DNA of 64,000 bases from Anthoceros angustus. Its lineage: Eukaryota > Plantae > Anthocerotophyta. Numbering within the stretch: the first letter of the stretch is position 1; each line of letters begins with the position of its first letter. The notes beneath the pieces are model-generated. The model worked only from the letters and a program-made list of their open reading frames with translations, had not been told where the DNA came from and did no database searches. Position numbers and translations under genes: made by a program. The stretch is from NCBI GenBank assembly GCA_010909165.1, contig VJWM01000108.1:186001-250000 (forward strand), in the 5' to 3' direction. Shown here one piece after another: positions 1 through 11,906 of the stretch.

Positions 1-3
1 AGG

Positions 4-900
4 TTGAGGTCCATGTGGACTAACCTTGCTCCCTTGGAACATTTGAAGTGTGCGAGGTCGTTCACCAAGCGACCTAATCATGTTGTCAAGGATGTGCTAG
101 CATCGGAAGGCATGCCCAACAAGTCATCAAGGCGACAAGCCGCACTTCCTGTGAACACGCTGGACACCCCATGGCGGCTTGGCCAACCTTTGTGTCCAAG
201 TCCAAGTCTTACGCCTTCAGGAACCATGGCCCTGGCGTTGTGGTGGACAGACATGGCGAGGCCTTGGGAGAGCCAACAGCCACAGAGAGGGAGTTGGCCA
301 TGGGATTTGCTGCCGGAGCCACGAAGACACCGGGAGTGACCGAGAAGGAACGGTGTCGATTGCTTGGGCAAGCATTTGACATGAACATGATGACCTGGTT
401 GTTTAGCGCTGGAGTCGCTACCAACTTCAAACCAAGAAGGCGGGGTTGAAGCAGCGGGTTCGGTGGGTGAAGGACATTCCAACACTCGCATCTCAACAGG
501 AGAAGGCGAGTTTGGAGGGCAAGGAGAGTGAGCACATAGAGGAAGCGTGCAAGCCATCTGAGCCACAGCCACATGAGTGGTTAACAAGCACCGAGTTGAA
601 GTGCAATCAATGGCGTCAGCTAAAAGAGTTGTCGGAGGCATCGCGACATGTGTTTGCTTTCACTCTTGTGGAGATGGGGAAGCACACCAAAGGGAAATTC
701 CACATAGAACTAATCAAGGATGAACCAAGTGTTCGCAGGAGGCACAGCTCGAAGGCAAGAAAATGACGAGCAACCGGGGAGAGTAGTCCACATAGCAGGC
801 CCATGAGGATGTCAAGACAAGCCTCCACTCATGGACAAGGTTCATAACCTCGACGACATTCCGAAGGAGATTGGTTTTGTGCACAATGCGCTACATGAGG
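4..900 (+). mobile_element. Degenerate Ty3/gypsy pol remnant (protease-RT linker region)
   Basis: ORF 446-766 contains VFAFTLVEMGKHTKGKFHIELIKDEP..RRRH, which resembles the gypsy segment just before RT. Upstream frames are broken. Boundaries approximate. Confidence 0.45.
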
Positions 901-1020
901 TGCGTACGTGTGTAGTCCTACTAATGATAATGTTTTGACTTAGAGTCTCACATTATCGGGGGATTGGTTGCACCTATATATCTGCGTATTAGATTTGTTT
1001 GCTTGGTTGTTGGTCGAGTG

Positions 1021-1300
1021 CTTATATGAATTCAAGTGCTTACCTCGTGCGGCTGTCGCGTGTGATACTAATCTGCACTTGGGTTTAGTGTTTGATTAGC
1101 ATTAATTAATCTAATTACTTATCTTTAAGTAAGTAATTAGTGTTAATTAATCTAAGGTGCTTATGAATTCAAGTGCTTACCTCGTCGACGGTCATCTGTG
1201 ATACTAATCTGCACTTGGGTTTAGTGTTTGATTAGCATTAATTAATCTAATTACTTATCTTTAAGTAAGTAATTAGTGTTAATTAATCTAATGTGCTTAT
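1021..1300. repeat. AT-rich tandem duplication, 137-bp period, two copies (possibly LTR-derived)
   Basis: GAATTCAAGTGCTTACCTCGT occurs at 1028 and 1165 with near-identical downstream sequence. The segment ~970-1050 recurs at ~1665-1748. Confidence 0.9.
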
Positions 1301-1750
1301 GTTAATTAAGCATTGATTAGTGTTAATTAAACATGGTTAGTAATAGCTAAGTAGATAAGCTCAAGTAATATGCTTTGGCATATTCCTTGCATATTATAGT
1401 GTATTCTTAGGATATTTAGGATATCGATGCCAATAGGATATCTTAGGAATATGCCGATGCCAAGGGCTAGTATATATAGACCTTCCAATGAGGACAAGCT
1501 CAAATCATAGCTTGTCCTCTAGATATGCAATGCAAGGGTGTTCGAGGAGGCCAAAGCTATGACTCCGAGAGCAATGTGTGAGGAATTTGCGGGTTGTTCT
1601 CGTGGGGAGAGTGTGTTTGTGCCACGATGTGCGAGCTACTCCCTCCTATTGTTACAAGCTGCATATATATATCTGCGTATTAGATTTGTTTGGTTGGTTG
1701 TTGGTCGAGGAAGTGCTTATATGAATTCAAGTACTTACCTCGTGCGACAG

Positions 1751-1926
1751 AGTCGTCTGCAAGTGATAGAAAGTGACCTTATCTCTAGGCCGAAGGATGT
1801 GAGAATCGTCTACAAGTGACAGAAAGTGACCTTATCTCGAGGCCCAAGGATGTGAGAATCGTCTGCAAGCGATGAAAAGTGACCTTATCTCGAGGCCCAA
1901 GGATGTGAGAGTCGTCTGGAAGTGAC
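1751..1926. repeat. 53-bp tandem repeat (~3.3 copies) made from the RT catalytic DD motif
   Basis: Units start at 1751, 1804, 1857 and 1910. On the minus strand the units encode SL(A/V/P)DDSHI(L)G. Confidence 0.9.
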
Positions 1927-2305
1927 CAAAAGACGTAGTCGCAAGCAGTGGAAGCTGGCCTGGATAGGGCCTTGTAGTGGGCGATACCAAATAGAGCGTC
2001 GCCCGGAGAGTCGCCTTGCCGAGTACCAGTGGCCGATTCCAAGTCAGAAACGGCAAATCCCAAAGAGGCGTTCTTATACTGGTAGTAAAGGTTAGAAGAC
2101 CTCCGGTAGAAGCAGCAGACAAAAGGAATAAATTAGGCTTCCGTACTGAGCTCTTTTTGAAGATGATGCTCCTAGAAATAGTATTGAAAGCGTTCTCAAC
2201 ATCACATGTAATACCACCCACTCCGGATGGGTATCACAGCATGCTTGTAAGTCGAGCACCACATACTCGCAACCCCCTAATGGCGAGCCGAATTGCACAT
2301 GGCAA
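1751..2305 (-). mobile_element. CRE-like non-LTR retrotransposon reverse transcriptase fragment
   Basis: Frameshifted minus-strand motifs QFGSPLGGCEYVV..HPEWVVL, DVENAFNTISRSIIF, SATGTRQGDSPG..LF.IAHY.AL and SL(A/P)DDSHILGP follow the motif order of CRE-clade RTs. Confidence 0.75.
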
Positions 2306-2759
2306 GTTTACAAGGCGTCATCAATCCCACACTTGTCCGCATATGGCAAAGCGTCATAATTCCCACACTTGTCCCCATTTCATTGTCTACGAGATTTTCC
2401 AAAAGGACTTGCTTACGGCTGTTAAACATTAGGCTGCAGCACTTGCTTATGGCTGTTAGTCATTAGGGTGACCCTGTAGGCTGTCATTTGACTCCGGCAT
2501 GCGTCTTGGGTTGCGACAAGCAGGTCTGCCTCACGGGTTTTAGTGGACTGTGGTGGTCTGGACTGGGTCCAAGGTCTGGACTGGGGTCTGGTCCGATGTG
2601 TTGAGAGAGCCCAGCTTTCCGAGTTCAATTCTGGTGTCTCAGTGATACATACCTCTTGCATGAATCTTGTATAAGGATCTTGCTATCTGTCAGCTCTGGA
2701 GCCACTCCACAAAAGCCCGGTTTTGCAGCTTTAGGAGGAATCCAACGTATCAGTTGTAG

Positions 2760-3060
2760 CAGAAGCCTAGCTTTGGTAGTGATGAAACAAATGCACGTAG
2801 CTAAATTTCGTTATCCAGCAGCCCTCTTTTCACAATCTGGGAGTGCAGCTGCCTGCTCCTTTCTGTAAGGCACCAGTGCTTCGACAGGCCGTGCATCCTT
2901 CAGTTCACCACGTTTTGCATACGTATGCTCCAGGCAGGTGCCCGTCAGAGTGCCATCCAACAGTCTTTTTTTGACAATCTGTGAGTGCAGCTGCCTGCCC
3001 TTCTGAGGGCATTAGAGCTTCCACAGGCCGTCTGAAGGCAAGCAAGAAGTAGCACGGTCA
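2760..3060 (-). pseudogene. PLS-class PPR relic
   Basis: Minus strand reads ALQKG..RQLHSQIVKRGLLDN, like the PPR motifs at 12 kb, with frameshifts. Confidence 0.55.
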
Positions 3061-3762
3061 CGACAAATGAGGCCCAATTCTGTCCGGAAAACAGAGATGC
3101 AGGTTGTCCACCCGTCCACCCAGATTGACAATCAGTCTTTGGCTCCTCCTCGTTCACCTTGACATGTGCATAACTTGCCTGGCTATCGCCCTCCAGCTGT
3201 TTGTCAACAGCCGCAAGAGCCAGATCTTTAGTAATGTGCTCAAGTTTCTCTTTGAGCCCTTGAGAAACAATATGGGATGGGCACATGTCTGCACGTTGCA
3301 ATGCCTTTGGCGGAATAGCTCTGCAATGCTCAGGCTATCTGTCTTGTGAAGGTACCCAACCCTGCCAGCTTCATCAGCAACATTTTTAGACCCTGCCCAC
3401 CAGTCCTAGCTCGCACTCTTCTCTTTACAGCACACACTGCTGTTGACACCAAACTGCTACGCACACTTCTCTGAGTCAAATTCCATCTATTTAACATACT
3501 AGGTGCTTGCAGCAGCTGCCCGTAATCCACAGTCAGATTCCACCGTCTACGTGATCACATCCTTCCTCGCCACACACACATCCGGCACCGTATGAACCTG
3601 AAGAACCCGCACGGTTTCAAGTTGGGAAGAAGAGGCGCGGCTCGTGGCCCGAACACGTTTGGTTCTGAAATAATATGCGAAAGAACTTTCTTTACACTGA
3701 AGAAATTTGCTTCTTTAGACATGTTACAGAGTCATCTGGACGTTTAAAGCCAAAAACCTAAC

Positions 3763-4755
3763 CTAATGAATTTTCAAGTTAGTCAGGACGTTGTTGTTAA
3801 CAGGGTCCGCCAAGTGATCGAGCAGATTCTGGAAAGGTCCTACTCCAGTGAAGATGGCCTGGATGAAGTATCCCAACACGGCGAGCATAGCCAGCCGGCC
3901 GTTCTTCACCTCCTTGGTCTTGAGGTCCTTGAGCGATTTCTCGTCTTTGCCGAAGCCAAGGAAGTTGAAGATGGGGCCACCAGGGTACGCCGGGTTTCCA
4001 GAACCTCCCAGAGCTTTCTCGAAGCCCAAGAAGTACTGCTTCCCCATGGAACCGGGCTTGTAGTAGTCCTGCGCCCTGCGGTGCTCCGCGAATCCCATCA
4101 ACGCGATCTCCAGCACGAAGAGCGTGTAGGAGTCGGCCCAGTAGTTGTAGGTTCCCAAGGGCGGGATGACGCCGGACTTGAACCACACGACGGCGGTCTC
4201 GGCCGGGATGAGCCCCAGCTTCCCTAGAATCTCAGGCGCAATGGCGCCCGCAGCTCCGAGCATGGCGAATCTGCCGTTGATGATCTCGGCGTACACCAGC
4301 CAGTTGGGGTCGATGAGCCCCCGGCGCCCTCGGGGTCCATCAGGCCCAGGGGTCGAAGCCGTAGTCTCCCGCCAGGGTGCCATCGAGTGGGACAGGCTCT
4401 GCGCGGACGCGAAGTAGAGCTGCCTGTTGGACTGCGCGGCCAAACCACAGAGAAACCCCGGACGGCGCGCGGTCAGTCATAGCGGGGGCCAGGAAACAGA
4501 ATGCAGTGCTGAAGATGGAGGAACGGGAATGCTGGTGGGACGGAGGCTCACCCGGGGGGCCGGCTTGTCGGAGGAGGCGCGGACGATGACGGAGGAGCGG
4601 GCAGGGGCGGAGGAGGAGGAGGCCGGGGAGATCCGGAGGGCGCGGCCTCCCAGAAGCAGCTGGTGGCGGCTGGACTCGGGCGCGCTGGAGGCCACCGCGG
4701 CTGTGGCTGCGGCTGCGGGGGACACCAGGGCGCGGGCGGCGATGGTGGCAGCCAT
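3763..4755 (-). CDS. LHCA3: Photosystem I light-harvesting chlorophyll a/b protein Lhca3; exons 4755-4552 and 4431-3763
   Basis: Ala/Ser-rich transit peptide, GT-AG intron 4551-4432, then SNRQLYFAS..., [37 protein letters not shown] and the C-terminus [15 protein letters not shown]. Three single-base deletions at ~4315-4390 are probably assembly errors. Confidence 0.97.
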
Positions 4756-5084
4756 AGTCGCTGTAGAATGTGCTGCTGCTGCTGCGGGTGCTGATGCTGC
4801 CTCCTGCTCTGGTGTGCAATGTGTTTGTGCGCGCGCAAGGAGGTGGGGAAGGTGGCAAGCCTGTTGCTACACTTAGGCCTGGAGAGAGAGCCGATAAGCG
4901 AGCAGCCAATGGCGTGGCGTTGGAAGCATCAGGCGACCCAATGGGGCGTCCTTCCTTTTTGGCTCAGATATAGCTTCCGGATAAACAATTCAATACAGTC
5001 TCCCGTCCACAAACACCGATAACCGGCCACCCATTTTCCATAGAAGAAGAAGAAGCGTATTATAGTCCACTTGATGGAATTTTC

Positions 5085-5540
5085 GTGTCATGGGACTTGG
5101 TACTTAGCAACTTGTACCATGGTGTGCCTAAGCTGCTTGCACCAAGGGCATTTTCCCTGCATGGGACTTGGTATTTGGCAACTTGTACCAGGGTGTGCCT
5201 AAGCTGCTTGCACCAAGGGCATTTTCCGGGTATGGGACTTGGTGTGCTTGAGCGCCAAGAGCATTTTCCTGTCGTCGGACTTGTACCGTGGTGTGCCTAA
5301 GCTGCTTGCACCAAGCGCATTTTCCTGTCATGGGACTTGGTACCTACTTAGCAACTCGTATCATGGTGTGCCAAAGCTGTTGGCACCATGGACATTTCCC
5401 TTACATACCATGGAGGGCGTTTTCCAGGCATGGGACGGATTTGTACCATGGTGTTGGTGTGCCTTACCTACTTGCACCAAGGGCATTTTCTATCATGGGA
5501 CTTGTACCATGGTCTGCCTAAGCTACTTGCACCCAGGGCA
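5085..5540. repeat. Degenerate ~71-bp minisatellite, possibly derived from short PPR motifs
   Basis: The unit CATGGGACTT(GG)..GTACCATGGTGTGCCTAAGCTGCTTGCACCAAGGGCATTTTCC recurs. The minus strand reads MP..AA*AHHG with KS..DRKMP-like junctions. Confidence 0.8.
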
Positions 5541-7859
5541 TCCACTCCCTCCAGACACCCTATCTAAGTACCCATCTCAGCTCGGGATGCATAATAACGG
5601 CGTTCTTATAAATGTGTGTGCATTTGGACACGCCATGCATAATGGCGTTCTTATAAATGTGTGTCCATTTGGACACGCCATAACCCACGCCTTTATCCCG
5701 GACTACCGCACCAAACCGGCATTAGTGGATAAGAAGGTGGAGTAAATGGGAGCAGGATGTTCTTCAAGGAGGAGGAACGAAGGAAATTGCTCAATGCACT
5801 GATGATCATTAACATCGTCTCATAGGACCACCTTTTTGGTTGCTGATGACGCCGCTCTGCCCAAGCTGCCTTAGCGTACGAACTGTATGAGGCACAGTTA
5901 ATATCAGCACCTCGCCGGGAAGCCCTGGAAAAGCGTAGGGCAAGGAAGGACAGATTTAACCACAAGAGTTGAAAACCTAGCATATCCTTGCAGCCCTGAC
6001 ACTGGAAGTGAGCACCATGTAGCCTGTCATCTTTCCCTTTGGGTGCATGCATGTCTGAGCAGTTTGAAGGAAACTGGATTGTCTGCGTGGGCTGCAGGTA
6101 GATGCAATGCTCGATGCTGCAGTCCAAGCTTTCTTGGACGCACTATGTTTCTCCATGCTTTAACATTTACGAGTAGGCTATGTTGGAATCTGGTGTGCTG
6201 AGATGAGAGAGCATCCCAATCTGCTGGGAACAAGTTGTGTGTGAAGAAGTATAGGGGCTGCAAAGGTATGTTGATGCGCCAACGATGCTATTGTTTGTCA
6301 TCTGAAATCAAGTGACAGGTAGCCCATCAACTTACCCTTTGGATGCATACGTTTCTAAGAGATTTCCAGCCTTTCAGAGATTTACGTGGCTTCTATCTGT
6401 GTTCTCTCCCGCAATGTCCTCGTGGCGGTACAAGGGCCCGCAGGTTTTTCACAATGAACATTGGGTTTCTCTCCAGCGCATTCTCCAGTGTACCAGACCC
6501 TCCAGTTTCTCACTGTGCCAGCACCATGATATTCCTCTCAGCTGCAGACTGGTTGCTCGTGTGCCTAATGCTTCAATTGTCCCTTGCCTCTTGGGTGCCA
6601 TGTGCTCTGTGCAATGAGCTGGGTCCGGAATGTTGGTTAGAGACGATTGCATTAACGGACTTGGGTGTGTGGCTTTTGCGGAGACAGAGTTGCTCGAATT
6701 CGTTGTGCCGACAGGTGCCTAAGCTCTGAAAATGGAGGTGCTTAACCATTTGGAAGTTTGTGGTTGGCAGGAAGACGGCATCGAGGATCATATTGAAGTG
6801 GAAGGAGGCTGGACAAGGGGAGAGCTTTGTCAGCCATCTTTCAGCTTGTCTTCTGTTTTCCATCTTCATGGAAATCAACATAAAGCTGGACGGCAGACTG
6901 CTTGTGTACCTGATGCTTCAAGTGTGCAATGCCTCTTGTGTGCCATGTGCTTTGTGCAATCAGCTGGCTCTGCTATGTTGATTATAGACGAAAATCCAAC
7001 GTGCTAAGCGTTGCCTGGGGACGTCGTGCTCGATAGCTTTGAGCCGGTGGAAGGGACTGGAGGCGGTGGTTGTTCATGATGACGTGGCATTGCGGGCCCA
7101 TACTCACCAGTCATGTTCCTCACCCAGTCCCAGTCCTCCAGTCACTTGATGATCGTCCGTGCCAGCAATTTTGGGCGTTCGAGCAAACGAAGTATCATTG
7201 ACTTCCAAGAATTTGGGGAAGCGAGGATGAGACGCAGTACCTTTAAATCCCGAGCTCCACAAGCAGGTGACAAGAATTTGCAAGTTTGGAGTAGTTCTCA
7301 TAAAAAGATATATTTTGAAGAAGGGCCTTCCGCAGTTTCTTGCACTGGCAACATTCCCAGTGCTATGGATGCCTGACAAAGACTTGTCCTGCAGATCAGA
7401 GCCCATTAAGAAAATCTAGCCGATTGCAGCCTTCCTCCATCCAGGAGACCGCCGATAAGACATCCCACCTGCTGGCCACGAGTGTTGTCCACCAGTGGGG
7501 GCACAAAGTCGTCACTCATTTGCATGTCTATCTAGAGAAGCTGGGTGCTTAGTTTCTGAGTGCACAGGCTGATTGGATCATCCCTGATCAGGTGGTTGTG
7601 ACCTCCAATCAATTGGTAGTGCTTCCTCATCTCCCTCGACAACATTATGTAGAAATGCTCCACACTCCTGATCTGACAATGCTTCAAGGGGGGTGGCCTT
7701 ACCTGCTGTACCGCATTCGGCTGAAAGGTCACTGACGACACCTTTCGTTTTTTGTCTCCCACTGACGGTGACAAATTCAGATGTGGTACACATCCTTCTT
7801 TCCTCATTTTGGAAGGTAAATGCTTCACCCTTATTTGACTCTCCTCCCCAACACAAAAA

Positions 7860-9010
7860 CTGGGCATCCCTGTTTATGTTCCACATCAACACATGTCCTG
7901 CATCATCTGTTTTGTTTAGCTTCACTGCATTTTAAGCATGGTGCCCCACCATCTACATTGCTCCACTTGCGGCAAGCACCCCACAGAGAGTGCCGAAGTG
8001 CAGCACCGGGCACTTTAGGGCATTATCATTACTAGAGCTAGCGCCTCATCCTGTTGTCCTGACCAACCTGGGAGGTCCACCATTCATGTGTAGTGGTCCT
8101 ACGTGGGACTGATGCCATAATGTCTGCTCATACCCTCGAAGTACTTTCTTCCCTTGTTCACTATACCCACATGACTGCACATAGTCTGTATGCTAAGGAA
8201 TGTGATGCCGTCTGGCTGCATACCATCCTCTCTCATTTCCCGGTCCAAGTCAAAGACTGCTTCACGGGCTCCTTGACAATGCAGGCTGCAATCAGTGTAT
8301 TCCAGGCAAGAACATCTCTATTGGGCAACACATCAAACACGTGTTGTGCATCAACAGTACTCCTTTACTTCCCAGACATGTTCATCACTGGAGCTGCTGG
8401 GAATAAACACGTCAGCTTGAGGCCCTTGTTCTACAATCTGTGCATGTAGCTGCCTTCCTAGAGACAAAGCTTCGTGCACATTTGCACATACTAGTAGCAC
8501 GCGCAGAAAAATGTCACAGAATCAGGTGAAGTAGTGCCAAGGGTTCTTCTCGCATCCATAGTACTGTACACTGCTAAGAATACCCTGCAATCATGGCAGC
8601 CGATGTCACCGCATCTTTTCGACCAAGTCCATTTAATACTTTCCGGAGCATCTTCCATGCTGCCACAGTTGGCATACATTTCACCAAACCGCCGGCGACA
8701 AACACATCAGCTTGGTGTCCCATTTCTCTGATTTGCACATGCAGATGCTTCCCCTTCTCCAACGCTAAGAAGCCCACACTACAATCGCACATACCTGCAG
8801 GAGCGACACAAATTTATGTCATAGAATCGGGTCTAGCATTGCCTTCTTCTTCCATAGCATGCTGAAGATGAAGGGCTGCCTGCCCCATGCCCTTCTGAGC
8901 GTACCCTGCTATCGTTGCAGTCCACGTGACCACTTCTTTGTGACCAAGCCCATCAACACTTGCTGAGCGTGTTCCAAGCTGCCACACTTTGCATTCATGT
9001 TCACCAAGCA
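7860..9010 (-). pseudogene. PLS-E class PPR pseudogene
   Basis: Fragments ALEKGKHLHVQIREMG, MYANCGSMEDA, VFDVLPNRDVLAWNTLIAA, MREDGMQPDGITF, CSHVG...GRKYFEGM, DHY..MVDL, and the E motif ACRKWSNV..VKLNKTDDAGHVLMWNI. Multiple stops as well as frameshifts. Confidence 0.8.
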
Positions 9011-9535
9011 GTTACCCCGTTTTCACCTCAAAGCATGGATGGACGCGCGCACCCAGAGATACATCCTTCTTCACCACACATTGCTTCAGGAGGACGTTCA
9101 AGTGAGATTGGCGTGAGACCTCATCTTCCACCTAGGGCTTCGTCCCTGAGGGTTTGTTCATTTTCCGTGAGTCCAAACCGAACCATCTGAGGAGGGAGCA
9201 ATTTGCCTTGCGAAGCTCGCTATCTGCTTGCTGACCTGCAGCGCGCGAGCGGTCGGAGTCTCATCAGAGTCTCCCAGCGCCTTCCCCGTCTTGGACAGTG
9301 GCCCGTCCCGCGAAGAAAAATTACTTCCCCTTCGTGTCCGGGATGAGCAGTTACAGTTACGTTTCGTTCTCAGTTCACGGGACTTTGATACCAGCTGTTC
9401 ACCACGCCATGAAGCATCGCTGTGAGAGGAGCAAGTAGGTCTAACATCTCCACCAGCGGCACTTACCCCAGATCTGGCCATGATTGACAGATTGAGCTCT
9501 GAGGTGTGCTGGCCTAGAGGATCGAGTATAGCACT

Positions 9536-11815
9536 ATGCCAAGGAGACATCGAACTCCCGGGCCGGGAGCGTACAATGCAGATGACAAGATCACCTGCAC
9601 ATCTCCCCCAGCCTATTCTCTCGCCCAGAGATTGGCCAGCAAATCCGACAGCTTTCAGCCAGGACCAGGGGCATACAGTCCTGGCAAGGTGATAGAGGCC
9701 CTGCTTTCACTATCTCAACCAGGCATATATCAGGCACATCAGAAAGCGGGCCAGGGCCTGGAGCATATGATGCGACTGTCGTATACACTCGAGAACAGCC
9801 GCCTGCCTACTCCATAGCCAGTAAGTATCACGGTAAAGGATTCGATAATATCCCGGGTCCTGGGGCTTACAAAGTTCCTGACCATCGGAATGGCCAGCAT
9901 ACTCAATAAGTGCAAGACATCACCAAGCAGCGTCAAGCATCACTCCAGGGCCAGGAGCCTATGAAGCTGTAGAAGCTACTGGATGCCCGGCCTACTCCAT
10001 CGCAGGCAGAACCAAGCAACACCTCCCTGAAACTGCTCCAGGGCCTGGTGCATACACTCCTCGCAACAAATCCTTTGCACCAGCGTACAGTCTTAGCCAA
10101 AGGTTCAGGACCCAAAATCGAGAAGATATCCCTGGGCCGGGAGCATACGAAATTCGCAACCCCACGGGAGTTGGTATTAGTCTTGCTGCCAAAGGACGAT
10201 GTGCAAACAGTGATCAGTTCCCTGGTCCCGGTGCCTATGAATTGGATCGTTCAAGTAAGGGCCCGGCTTTCACAATTGCTGGTAAGGCGGGCAAGGGACT
10301 GGAAAGTGACGGTCCGGGACCTGGTGCTTACAATCTGCCTAATTGTAACTATTCTCCACACCACACAATTGCGGGGAAAGCACGGCCAGGAGGTGCAGAA
10401 CAAACACCCGGGCCTGGCACATATGCCAGCAATGGCAGTCTAGGCGGACCAGCCTTCAGCATGGCCGGGAGGAGGAAAGCTCCAGATTGTGAGAAAACAC
10501 CAGGGCCTGGAGCTTACAGTCAAAATTTCAGATGCATTAGCACCAGACCTCCCAAATACTCACTAGCAGTGCGGTGTTCTTCCGATCATGCCAATGAAAA
10601 TCCAGGGCCGGGAGCATATGACCCGATGTTCTCTTCTTCAAGCCCTGCGTACAGCATCAGCGGAGCAGGGTTAATGCACAAGCCAGACATCACACCAGGC
10701 CCAGGGCCTATTCAGCACAGTTGGATAACAAGAAACCAGCTTACACTATGGGACAGAGAGCTCCTGAGAGGCTCTCGGATACCCTTCCAGGTCCAGGCGC
10801 CTATAACTTGAATTCAAGGAGAGCGGGCCCAGCTTTTACCATAGCTATGAGACAGGGCAGGAGCCTAGGAGACAATTTCCCAGGCCCAGGGACTTACGAT
10901 GCGGAAGTCGCAAACAGAACGCCAGCTTATTCCATGGCTGGACGAGAAAAACATGCCTTCGCTAGCGTCAATCCTGGACCTGGAGCATACCGGTTGGTTG
11001 ACAGAATTGGAGGCCCAGCCTACACTTTAGGCCAAAGGTTGAGAAACCCGAATGAGCACAAGACTCCTGGCCCAGGAGCCTACAATGCGGAAATTGATCC
11101 AGTTTTGAGGAGGCCACCTGAGTTCTCAATGGGCGTGAAGAGCAGATTAGACCATGCTGGTGATAATCCAGGGCCTGGCGCATATGATCCCCGTGCTCTT
11201 TCCTCAGCCCCAGCCTACAGCATTACTGGATCTGGTCCTCCTCAGAAGACAAATGACACCCCTGGCCCTGGAGCCTACACTGCCAAATGGTGGGACAAGA
11301 AACCTGCCTACACTATGGGCAGCAAGCCAGGGCCAGGAAATTCTGATCTTGTCCTGGGCCAGGCACGTATGAACTGAACGTCAAAACCGACAGCCCTGCA
11401 TTCACTATTGCAGGAGAGCTACGCGGGTGCGAAAACGACACTCCTGGCCCGGTGCCTACAGTGCAGTGAACCCCTTCCCACCCCAGGTTGCAGCATTGCA
11501 AGAAGGTATGAGCTCTCGCCCGTGGAGAAGACACCAGGGCCATCAGAATACACTCCTAGTGTGCAGTTAACGAGGAACCACCCTCCTGCCTTCAGCATCG
11601 CTCGAAGATATATAGCAAACAAGCCGGAGAAGACGCCGGGCCCCGGAGCTTATTACCACAAAACTCAGTTCTCCACTGACAGAGGATTCAGCTTGGGCCT
11701 CAAACTGCATGATTCTCACAGGGAAGACTTTCCGGGGCCGGGTTCCTACACGTTTTATGAAACAAATCCAGGCCCGGCTTATACCATAGCCAGCAAAGCT
11801 CCGGATGATTGGTAG
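9536..11815 (+). CDS. SHIPPO-repeat (ODF3/CIMAP1/STPG-like) sperm-tail protein with 24 PGP(G/S)xY repeats, apparently intronless
   Basis: Joining ORFs 9536, 10242, 10721, 11408 and the intervening frames gives 24 (T/N/F)PGPG(A/T)Y...P(A)(Y/F)(S/T)(I/M/L) units about 31-32 aa apart. About six single-base slips must be corrected. The true start codon is uncertain. Confidence 0.85.
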
Positions 11816-11906
11816 GCGTCATTAGACTTCCAGGCTTATTTGCAACAAGTTTGTAGACAGATTTCTAGATAACCCAAAGGCCAACGAGCTCAAATTGTAC
11901 TGAACC

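Noticed and set aside
1751-1926. CRISPR-like array (also considered for 5085-5540 and 61388-61576)
   Set aside because: The units are contiguous with no unique spacers, there are no cas genes, and the context is eukaryotic.
3766-4909. Long overlapping or antisense ORFs over LHCA3 (and similarly over the F-box at 46-47 kb and the AKR)
   Set aside because: These are expected shadows of GC-rich codon usage and show no independent motifs.
4890-5025. GATAAG/CCAAT light-regulatory boxes upstream of LHCA3
   Set aside because: Short motifs that are common by chance, and the TSS is unknown.
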